Under the pieces are notes generated by a model. It did no database searches and was not told the DNA's origin. It worked only from the letters and a program-made list of their open reading frames with translations. DNA of 64,000 nt. It comes from a virus (lineage: Duplodnaviria > Caudoviricetes). The position numbers and the translations under genes are program-made. The DNA lies in the IMG/VR virus record IMGVR_UViG_2934336660_000001, positions 38,900 through 102,899 of that record; one strand, 5' to 3'. Shown here one piece after another: positions 55,381-64,000 of this stretch. Positions within the stretch are counted from its first letter, which is position 1, and every line of letters starts with the position of its first letter.

Positions 55381-58300
55381 TCACCGCGCACCCGCCATCT
55401 CGGCAGCCCACCCGGCCAGCAGTCCGCGCCGCTCCGCCAACCGCCCAACGCACGCCGGGCACCATGACAACCCGGCCGGCGGCACCAACGGCATCGGATC
55501 CAAGATGATCGGCTCCGACCGGCGGCCAGCCCAACCACCCGTGCCGCACTCACCCGACCGGCCCGCAAACCGGCCGTCCTCCCGCATGATGTGCAAGCGG
55601 GTCACACGCCGGGATGCGTAACCCCGGTAGAAGGCACGCGTCACGGCCGCTCACCCCGACCCCGGCTCAGTTCCCGGATCCGCTGCACGACCTGGATCGC
55701 GCCCAGGATTAGCAAACTCACCCCGACCCCGAAGTACGGGAAACCCCACACATGCGCGACCGCTCCGGGCATCCCCTCGCCGTCGAACCACAGGCCGGCA
55801 TGGATCAGCAGGACACCGATGGCGATCCGGTAGGTGGCGTTCATGCGGCCGTCGTCGACCAGCGGCACACACTGCTCCCGGTCAGCCACGGCGACCACCG
55901 CCCGGAGATACGCCGAACGACCGGCAGCCGATCATGGAACCGCCGAGGTTGCGGACAGCCTCATCTGGCACCAGCAGATCCCGCCGGTTCGGGTGCGCCA
56001 ACGCCACCACCAACGCCACCACAAACCACACCCCGGGCTCGGGTGCCGGCAGGTTCGACGACCCGTGATGCTGCACCACGTTGACCGGGATGTCCGCGCC
56101 GCCGAACGTCAACGGCGGAAACGCCCGCAGGCGAGTCTTGTCAAGCGGGGCGCGCATTTCCGCAGGGGCGGGCGGGATGACCGCGATCGGCTGAATGCTG
56201 CCGGGTTCGATGCGGTCCGGGCAATCGGCGGGATAGACGTGCATGTCGTGCGGGGTGAGGTTGACGATGCGGTCACCCACGGCGCACCGCCCGCTGCCGG
56301 GGGATCATCTGCGTCGCGTCCAGCGCGTCCACACACCGGGGCAGCAACTCCGTCACCGGCTCCACACGACGCTGCGGGCCCTGCGACGGATGCCACAACG
56401 GCGGCACCACCGCCCGACCCACCGCCAGCTCGGCAGCAACCTCAGCGTGGAAGCGGCGACGGGCGAACCGGTGCCACACTTTCACCCCGGCCACGATCAG
56501 CAAGGCACCGAGCACGAACCCGACCGGGCCAGGGTTGAACAGGGTGCCCATCAGTACCGCGCCCCGGGCAGCTCGATGAACTCGGTGTCCTCATCCGACT
56601 CCGACCGGCGGTACTGCGGGGCGTGGATCGTGCCCGTGTGCCGAACAGGCCGACGTGCTGGCGGCTCAGTCGCATCCGCCGCCACCGGTGAATCCACCTC
56701 AGCCTGCGAGCGTTGCGGCCACATAGCCGCCACCCCGGCGAGGAACACCACCGCCGCAAACAGGATCAAACCCAAAAACGCTGCTGCCACACCGGCAGGC
56801 GACACAACGACATGAATCTCAGTGGGCACGGGCGGCCTCCTCAGGCACAGACGGGAAAGTGAGGGCGAGCCGCCCCCGAAGCTCAGTAGCCAGATCCGGC
56901 GGCAGTTGCTCGGCGAACCGGAACGCGGCGGCAATACGGTGCGCCTGCCTGCTGCTGGTCACCTCCGCCCGCCGAATCTGCTCAATCAGCGTTTGATTGC
57001 CGGCGTCCAGCGACTCAGCCTCACGGCGGGCTGCGGCCAAGTCATCGCGCAGCACCTTGACCGTCACCTCACGGAAGGCGTCATCGCGGCGTTTGTGTGC
57101 GGCAGCCCGCTCGACCGCGTCTTCCAGCACGACCACGCGCGACGCCAACACCGCCTGGCTGGACAGGAACGCCCGCACCCACCGCCACCACCTCACCGGG
57201 CACCACCCGGCGGCACAGTCGGCAGCAACGTCGTCGGCTCACCGTTAGCGCCATCGCGGGCCAGCCAGTGCAACACCTCGTTCTGTGCGCGAATCTGCTC
57301 GTCGAACGGACGCTCAACCGGGGCCGAACCCTGTGCCCGGTCCAGCACGTCCCATGGCAGCCGGTCCGGCATCGCCCCCAGACCGGTGGGCTGCTCGGCG
57401 GCTAGCCCAGCATCAAACTCCTGCCGGACGATGTCCCGAACCTCGTCGTCGGACAGGTGCGAACGGGCGGCCAGATGCCGGGCCACATCACCTGTCGTCC
57501 ACCGCAGCGTCGGGGTGTGCTTCCCGCCGGGGGCGGCGAACCGGTCCCCGCCCCGCAACTGCACCACCAGCGTTGACCACGCCTGCCCCAGCCAAAGCCA
57601 CCCCGCACCCAGGCGCGACGGCTTCGGCGGGTGCGACGCCGGAAACGCCGTGGTACCCGCCCCAGTCGACTGCTGCCACGCCTGCGCCTGCACCAACACC
57701 GGCTGATGCTCGTCACCGATCCGCTCATTCGCGGCCCGATGGTTGCGCCCCGCACGCCACGACTCGCGGGCAAAGAACCCGATCGCCCCCAACACCGCGG
57801 CGAACCACAGCACATACCCGGCGAACTCCCACCCGTTCACCGGGTCACCCCCGCCGGCAGGTACGCGGCCACAATCCGCGGCGCCACCTCAGCAAGGTCC
57901 GCTAGGTCGTCGACCGTGTCCGCCCACACCTGCAAGTCGGTGCGCGCCGGGTAGTCAACGTCCTCATACCAGGGCCGCTCCAACCGGAAAGCCGCCGCCA
58001 ACGCTGCCCGCAGACGGTGCAGCAGGCGGAACAGGGGGCGCGAATCAACCAACAGCAACGCCAACACAACCACCAGGACACCCGCGGTCAGCGCGTACAC
58101 GGTCACAGCGGTGTCGCCCATCACGCGACCTGCTGCCGTGTGAACCGGGCCGGCATCACGTTCGTGTCCGGGGGGCGGTGCCGCCCAATCACACCCTCGG
58201 GGCGCACGTACGAGGTGCCCTTGTTCACGCCCGGCTGGCCGGGCCACACCATGCGGATCGTCGGACCGTCCACCTCCCGGGCGCACGGCATGTTCCGGAA

Positions 58301-59272
58301 CGGGACACGGGCGCGACCCATCACCGGCAGCCCACGGACGGTGCCGTGAGGCTCGACCGGGGCGGGCACCGGGGGGAGGGCGGGCCCTTCGTTGGGGGCG
58401 ATGTGGCGACGGGTTGCGAACTGCAACATGCCGCGCAGCAGAGAAGACAGGAACATGAGGTGGCTCCCCTCGTAAGGGACGGTCAGGGATGGGGGGTGGT
58501 GGCGCGCGTGGGTGCCGGAACACCGCGTGCGGCGGTGTCAGGTTTGCGGTCGACGGCAGCCCAGTCGGGGCGCGGACGGTCAACACCCGCGTACCGGGCG
58601 GCAAACTGGTGGTCATAGTGGAAAGTCAGTTCCTCGCCCAGCCGGAACACCTCACCGCGGGACCGCTCCAACTCGGCGGCCACCAGCAGCAGCGCCGTCG
58701 ACAGCAGGGCCACCCGGTGCAGCAGATGCCATCTGCCGGCCAGCACACCGAGGGGGAACATCAGGGCAGCGGCCGGCAACCACAGGCCGGCGACAGCCAA
58801 CGCCACAGCAGCCGCGAACACGCTGCCGGCCGAATGCCAGGCGAACCGGGTGCTCACCGCACACCCCGCCGAGCCCGCAACCGGCCCGGCCGCACATCAC
58901 CACTGCGGGCCACCACAGGTTGCCGCCGCTCCGCGACCGTCGACCGCTCCTCACGGGTCAGCGGGTCCACACAGGGCAACCGGTTCGGGGTGTGCACCCA
59001 CCGGGACACCTCGCGGCCACCGTCAGCCTGCAACCGGACCAACGGCTCACCGCAGTGCACGCACGTACACGGCTGACCCTCATGGCGGGCGCGCATCATG
59101 CGGCATCACCATCCGCCAACACGACCTCAACCGTGCGGCGCCCGTCCCGAACCGACTCCTCAGCGGCGTACCGGTCCCGCAACCGCTGCGCCGCCGGCAG
59201 ATCAGCCGGGCCGAACGGCACCACCCGCGGGGTGCGACCATCGGACGGCATCAACACCAGAACACCGCTCAC
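55381..59272 (-). CDS. run of small early ORFs, many with TM segments (55381-55644, 55641-55898, 55882-56280, 56273-56551, 56551-56829, 56819-57196, 57193-57840, 57837-58121, 58121-58456, 58483-58857, 58854-59099)
   Basis: Tightly coupled ORFs; at least six carry hydrophobic helices. Confidence 0.55.
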
Positions 59273-60165
59273 GCCGCCACCCCCGACCGGCAGCCGTAGG
59301 GGGAGCACCCGTCCGGGTCGCCGTTCTCTTCCAGCTCGGCATCGGCAAGGGCGTCGAAGATGTCCGGCGACCGGTCAGCCCACTCCTTGCGGGTGACCCG
59401 GTTGATCGGTGCGATGGACAGCGGCAGCCGGGATCGGTGAAGGAACGCCTCCCCGTTGAGCGGCAGGCCGCGGGCGCCGCCCTTGCGGATCGCCTCGTCG
59501 AACGCGACGGCGTCGGCCCACTCGTCGGGGTGGTTGTCGCGGAGTTCCCGCCACTGGGCGTTGCCGTGGAACGGGCAACCGATGCACGCACTCTTCGCGG
59601 TGTCGCCCCAGCCACGGGCAGCGAGCCAGCGATGGCAGTCCTTGCGGCTCATGCCGAGGTCAAGCAGCGGGTATCGCTTGCGGGAGTAGAGCACCCCCTC
59701 CTTGTCCGACACTCGGTGGATCTCGTCGGTGGAGAACCCGATCCACTGCTCTGCCACCCGGCCCTTCGGCACTCGGCGGAAGTCGGGGGCTTCGGCGCCG
59801 AGCAGTTCGCGGACCTTCCGGCCGATCGGAGCGAGCTTGTACTCGCTGGTGCACTGTCGGCGGCCCATGCCGTCGGAGCCGTCGGGGTTGCGGACGAAGT
59901 AGGGGATGGAGGCGTAGCGGTGCTCGGGGTCGAGGAAATCGTGGCGGAGGTTGCCGTTGCTGACCCGGTGCAGCGGGATACCGGCCGCGTCGAGCACCTT
60001 CGCCAGTCGGTCGACTTGGTCGTACACCTTGCGGGGCTCCCAGCCAGTGTCGGCGAAGATCGCGCCGTCGACCTTGGGAAGAGTGCCGTCGGCGGTCATG
60101 AGCGCCAGAACGGTGGACTGAACTCCTGCGCCCAGGCTGAGCAGGCGCATCGTCGGGGCGCTCAC
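59269..60165 (-). CDS. PAPS-reductase-like / adenine nucleotide alpha hydrolase
   Basis: SLGAGVQS PP-loop; FADTGWE; RQCT..YK..PI; IGFS.DE; YPL; KSACIGCPFH. Confidence 0.8.
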   Translation of the reverse strand: MSAPTMRLLSLGAGVQSTVLALMTADGTLPKVDGAIFADTGWEPRKVYDQVDRLAKVLDAAGIPLHRVSNGNLRHDFLDPEHRYASIPYFVRNPDGSDGMGRRQCTSEYKLAPIGRKVRELLGAEAPDFRRVPKGRVAEQWIGFSTDEIHRVSDKEGVLYSRKRYPLLDLGMSRKDCHRWLAARGWGDTAKSACIGCPFHGNAQWRELRDNHPDEWADAVAFDEAIRKGGARGLPLNGEAFLHRSRLPLSIAPINRVTRKEWADRSPDIFDALADAELEENGDPDGCSPYGCRSGVAA

Positions 60166-60346
60166 ACCATCACCCCGCCCGACATGAACAGCAGCGCCGA
60201 CAGCAGCACAGCGGTGGCCACGGCGGCGGCAATGAAGATCCACCGCCAGTGGCGTCGGGACTCCATCGCCCGCCACTCCTCACGCGACGCACGAACCTCC
60301 GACTCCCGCATCGACGGGATTGCGTCCGCGAACTCCCGGCCCCGGG

Positions 60347-62197
60347 TCACGCCGCCACCTCCGAGTGCAGCGCCGCCCGCAGACGCCGGCCAATCCACTC
60401 ACCGACCTGCGGCGAAACAGCATTACCGAATCCGTCCACCTGATCCCGGGCGGAACCCCACACCACGAAAGTGCCTTGGTGGTCGGGGAAGTCCACGTCG
60501 AACCCGCACCCGCGACCAACCTCGTGCGGGCCGAGCATTCGGAAATAGCAGTCGTCCAACGTCAGCTCAGCGAGCGCAGCACGCCACTCAGCGTTCGCCC
60601 GAGGGCTCGTGTCGTTCCGCTCAGCCCAACCCGAGAACAGCAAGCCCTGGTTGGCCGAGGATGCAACAACAGTGCGAAGCGGCTCACTGACGGGGAAGAC
60701 GCGGCGGTCGGTGCCCTCGTTCTTTTGAATCACACCAACCGCGGTCAGTAGCCCGGGGATCTGATCGGAGGTCACCGTCGGTATCGCCTCCGCATGCACC
60801 GTCGGCAAAGTGTTCTTGCGGAACGGGACCACGCCAGCCGACAGGAGGCTGAGAGTTTCCGAGCCGCCCTGAGTCGGCAGAGCCTCATCCACACCCCGAG
60901 GTGCGCCCTGAAAGTTGTTGACCGCGGCGAACAGCATCGCCTTCTCATGAGTGGTCGTGACCGTGTCCATCGGTCGGGACAGGTGCTGGCCGTCGCCGTT
61001 GTGTCGGTGCGCGGCAAACACCTGGCCCGTGACCGCGACGGGCGGAGCGAGCAGGCCGACCCCACCTCCGGCCCCAGCCGGGGCAGTGCCGGTCGAGAGG
61101 AGCGCCGTTTCCTGCTGGCTGGTCTGCGTCGCCATCGGTTGCCACGGATGCCGCTCCACACCACGCACCGCCTTTGCGGGCATGAGAATCGCCGGGAAGT
61201 CGGCGAAACGCTGCCGGCACCGCTCCGAGCGGGCGAGAGTCGCCAGAGCGAGAGGGCCCGTCGAGCCGTCCCGGTGCAGCTTGTGCGGCTTGTCGCCGAT
61301 GCGGGTGCCGAGGTTGGTGAGGTCAAGCGCGTTGAGCGACGGGCTCATCGGCGGAATGACCTCGTCGCGGCAGCGAGGACACCTGTAGTTGTACTGCTTG
61401 CCGTAGTTCACCGACCCGGATAGTGGGATGCCGGTCTTCCACGTCCACACCGCCGGCACGATCTCGGAGCAACGGCCGCACCACGACGCCGGCCGGTGCT
61501 CCAGGTCCGGCGCAGGGATGCTCTTGTCCCAGAAACCGATGTAGATCCGGTTCCGCGACTGCGATACCCCGAAGAACATCGAGTTCAGGTACATCACCTT
61601 GTGCCGGTAGCCCAGGTTGTCGAACTGCTTGAGCCACCACCGGTACGTTGACCCGTCGCCGACCTTCGACCGTCCGGGAATGGCAGGCCCCCACGACGTC
61701 AGCTCCGTGGTGCACTCCACGAGGATCATGCGCGGGTGGTGCTCGGCGGCGTAATGCAGCACGCAGTTGGCCGTCGCCCGGTCCCGCTCGGAGCGTGTCA
61801 CCCGCTCCTCGAACTCCGGGTCGTCGAGGTCGAACAGGCTCATCCGCTGCGCGTACGCCTTCTGCGTGTTGGCCTGCGAGTGGTTCACGCAGCTAACGCC
61901 GGCCACGAGAATGTCGGCGGCCGGAAGGTCACGAGCAGAGTGGTAGTCGGACGACTCTGGGTCCACCAAGTCGGCGATCCAGTGTTCGGCATCAGGGTGG
62001 TTGGCCTCGTGAACCTGCACCTTGTAGTCGTTGTGGTTCGCGGCCATGATCGTGGTAAATCCGGCCATCTCGATGCCGCGGGTCAGGCCGCCGAAACCGG
62101 AGAACAGGTCGACGGCAACCAGGTCGTCGTGGGCGAACCGGCGACGACGGGTGGCAGGTCGGTGCTGGGCGGTGCGCCGAGCGGTTCGCGCCTTCAC
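60347..62197 (-). CDS. DNA (cytosine-5) methyltransferase
   Basis: DLFSGFGG; GVSCVNHS; QSRNRIY; GNAVSP. Confidence 0.88.
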   Translation of the reverse strand: MKARTARRTAQHRPATRRRRFAHDDLVAVDLFSGFGGLTRGIEMAGFTTIMAANHNDYKVQVHEANHPDAEHWIADLVDPESSDYHSARDLPAADILVAGVSCVNHSQANTQKAYAQRMSLFDLDDPEFEERVTRSERDRATANCVLHYAAEHHPRMILVECTTELTSWGPAIPGRSKVGDGSTYRWWLKQFDNLGYRHKVMYLNSMFFGVSQSRNRIYIGFWDKSIPAPDLEHRPASWCGRCSEIVPAVWTWKTGIPLSGSVNYGKQYNYRCPRCRDEVIPPMSPSLNALDLTNLGTRIGDKPHKLHRDGSTGPLALATLARSERCRQRFADFPAILMPAKAVRGVERHPWQPMATQTSQQETALLSTGTAPAGAGGGVGLLAPPVAVTGQVFAAHRHNGDGQHLSRPMDTVTTTHEKAMLFAAVNNFQGAPRGVDEALPTQGGSETLSLLSAGVVPFRKNTLPTVHAEAIPTVTSDQIPGLLTAVGVIQKNEGTDRRVFPVSEPLRTVVASSANQGLLFSGWAERNDTSPRANAEWRAALAELTLDDCYFRMLGPHEVGRGCGFDVDFPDHQGTFVVWGSARDQVDGFGNAVSPQVGEWIGRRLRAALHSEVAA

Positions 62198-62478
62198 GCC
62201 GCCACCTCGTGCCGGACCGGCGACACCCGGGCGTCCTCACGCCAGGTCAGCTCTGCGGACCGCTCGCGGTAGGGGACCTGCACCCCGGCGCACCCGCCGA
62301 ACGGGCAACCGTGCTGCGGCACCGGGTGGGCGAGGGCGTGCGCCCGCTCATCGGGGGTCACCCGGGCGATAGCAGCGAACGTGTCCGCCGACCAGCCCTG
62401 CGAATCAGACGGGGATGGCAGCAAGCGGGTAGCGGTGGTGGCCGTTCGGGTGACTTCGTCTATCGTGCTAATAGCCAT
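62194..62478 (-). CDS. hypothetical protein
   Basis: RBS GAGAGGA; coupled to the MTase gene. Confidence 0.55.
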   Translation of the reverse strand: MAISTIDEVTRTATTATRLLPSPSDSQGWSADTFAAIARVTPDERAHALAHPVPQHGCPFGGCAGVQVPYRERSAELTWREDARVSPVRHEVAA

Positions 62479-62525
62479 AGGGCCGAGTCCTCTCGTCCAG
62501 GAAGCGGTTCAGTTGGCGGAGCAGC

Positions 62526-62557
62526 GAACGCCCCCGGATTCCGGCCGCGGGGCGTTC
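62526..62557 (-). terminator. hairpin
   Basis: GAACGCCCC..GGGGCGTTC. Confidence 0.45.
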
Positions 62558-62564
62558 AGCTCGT

Positions 62565-63389
62565 TCAGGGGTCGATCTGAGGCGCACCCGTCCCGCCCAA
62601 GTGGCGGTGAAGCTCGGCGATGCCCTTCGCGGTCACCCGCACCTGAGGCGGGTCCAACACCAGCTCGCCAGTCCTGGGGTGGTAGTGACTCGACGGCAGC
62701 TCAGAAAGCCGGCCTGCCTCGATGTGCTGCTGGTAGACACGCCAGCGATGGTCGCCGCGCTGCCGGTACAGCCAGCCCAGGTCGGCGAGCACGGTGAACA
62801 GTCGGCCCTGACCGAGTTTGATCAGCGGATCGCGGCTGAGGATTTTCGCCGCATCACCGACAGAGAAATCACCGGCAGCCGAGGCGAGGGTGTCCCACGC
62901 CTGCGCCTTCGGAGCCACCGTCGCCAGTTCGCGGGAACGTTCGGCGGCGACAGCCTCAGCCCGGTCCGCCCGGTCCGCTTCCTCAATCACCATCTGCGCC
63001 AACTCACGGCGCGACAACTCCCGGCGAGAGCTGATCTCGGCTTCACGGGTTTTCACCGCGAAGTAGGTTTGTGCGGCGGCGATCTCCGCCTTCCTCGGGT
63101 CACCGTTCATCGCCGTCAGGTACGCCCCGTAGCGGGACAGCCGGTAGTCGGCGCGGGGAGCACCGCCGGTGCCTTCTTGCCGGAGCCGGCAAAAAGCCTG
63201 AGCGGCATTGCCTCCGACGTTGCCGGCAGCGACCTCGGCACGCTCGATGGCGTCCTCGAAGCGGCGCCACTGGTCGTAGCCGAGCAGGGGCATGAGTTCG
63301 CGGGCGGACCACCACTCGGTGCCGTCGCCGTCCGTGTGCCGGATGGTGTCGAACGCGGATCCGTTGGTGAAGACGTCGAGCTGAGTCAT
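62565..63389 (-). CDS. phage antirepressor (DinD/BRO-like N-terminus, KilAC/ANT C-terminus)
   Basis: EWWSARELMPLLGY..LSRYGAYL.AMNGDPRK.EIA.AQTYFA; PKA..SVGDAAK.L..VT.KG. Confidence 0.88.
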   Translation of the reverse strand: MTQLDVFTNGSAFDTIRHTDGDGTEWWSARELMPLLGYDQWRRFEDAIERAEVAAGNVGGNAAQAFCRLRQEGTGGAPRADYRLSRYGAYLTAMNGDPRKAEIAAAQTYFAVKTREAEISSRRELSRRELAQMVIEEADRADRAEAVAAERSRELATVAPKAQAWDTLASAAGDFSVGDAAKILSRDPLIKLGQGRLFTVLADLGWLYRQRGDHRWRVYQQHIEAGRLSELPSSHYHPRTGELVLDPPQVRVTAKGIAELHRHLGGTGAPQIDP

Positions 63390-63565
63390 CGGCGTGCCGC
63401 CTCAGCCTTGGCCCTGGCTCGCAGGTTGAGCAGTTCGAGAACCTGCGGCGCACCCTCAACGATGTAGGGCATCCAGTCGCCGACCTCAACCGTGTAGTGG
63501 TCGGCGGGCATCGTGAGCAGCCGCTTGGCGGTGCCAGCCTCGTGAATGATCACGTCAGGGCTCAT
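63386..63565 (-). CDS. small hypothetical protein (59 aa)
   Basis: ATGA overlaps on both sides. Confidence 0.55.
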   Translation of the reverse strand: MSPDVIIHEAGTAKRLLTMPADHYTVEVGDWMPYIVEGAPQVLELLNLRARAKAEAARR

Positions 63566-63730
63566 GCGGCACGCACCTCATCCGCCTGGACCGGCTGGGC
63601 CGTTGCCGAAGCATGGTCCGTCTTAGAGAGCCGGGGTGAGGCGGCGAGCACCAGTCGCAGACGGTCGACCTGCTCGGCGACCAGTTCGGGTGCAGCTTCG
63701 GCGGTGGCCTGGACCAGCCAGGCGGGCACG

Positions 63731-64000
63731 TCACCCACGGCGCATCTTCACGATGAACGCGTCGTCGACAGAGCAGCCCAGCCGGTCAGCGATGCTCTGG
63801 GCGCGGCAGGCGCAGATGCTGGTGGCCTCGCCGAAAAGGCGGTAGTAGGTGCGGCGGGCGAGTCCGAGGGCCGTCCATGCCGCTTCGTCGGTCGGCCAGC
63901 CGTTGCGTCCCTTGGCCTCTTCGACGGCGTCGCGCCGAAGTTGGTACCGGGCGGAAGGGTCGTGGCTGGCCCGTACGGTGAGTGTTGATGGGCCTCGCAT
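63731..64000 (-). CDS. Cro-like HTH protein (start uncertain)
   Basis: DEAAWTALGLARRTYYRL..IADRLG..VDDAF; first visible gene of the early operon. Confidence 0.55.
   Translation of the reverse strand: MRGPSTLTVRASHDPSARYQLRRDAVEEAKGRNGWPTDEAAWTALGLARRTYYRLFGEATSICACRAQSIADRLGCSVDDAFIVKMRRG

Noticed and set aside
10558-60690. Long plus-strand ORFs (e.g. 10558-11883, 24686-26194, 34061-35482, 59098-60690)
   Set aside because: They are antisense shadows of well-supported genes in high-GC DNA, with no motifs.
1-64000. Integrase, immunity repressor, att sites, tRNA, reverse transcriptase or DGR
   Set aside because: None was recognised by eye. The immunity region probably lies beyond position 64000.

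Overview
The window is most of a temperate siphovirus (prophage or phage contig) from a high-GC actinomycete. A Micromonosporaceae host is my guess from the host-like DnaN and protein style. Almost all genes from 7.2 to 64 kb lie on the minus strand. Reading right to left they are: Cro-like and antirepressor genes; C5 methyltransferase and PAPS-reductase-like protein; many small early and membrane genes; exonuclease and Gp3-like recombination protein; RusA, DUF5131, LAGLIDADG, two WhiB and DnaN; replication initiator with internal iterons, DnaC-like loader and DnaB; late promoter, terminases, portal, MuF, protease/scaffold and Mu-gpT-like capsid; head-tail genes, tail tube, frameshifted tail chaperones, tape measure and minor tail genes; a secreted SGNH esterase; and the lysis cassette. 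The first 7 kb is a plus-strand accessory block with a partial FtsK/TraB-like translocase, a membrane-anchored GIY-YIG protein and an XRE regulator. No integrase, immunity repressor, tRNA or CRISPR array was seen. The most notable observations are: (1) a 1288-bp HNH cassette inserted in the endolysin gene that supplies a recoded replacement 5' end; (2) the FtsK plus membrane GIY-YIG pair; (3) repeated leaderless mini-regulators with their own operators; (4) a putative RBS-sequestering pseudoknot after the tail tube gene. All family assignments come from motif recognition by eye, not database searches.
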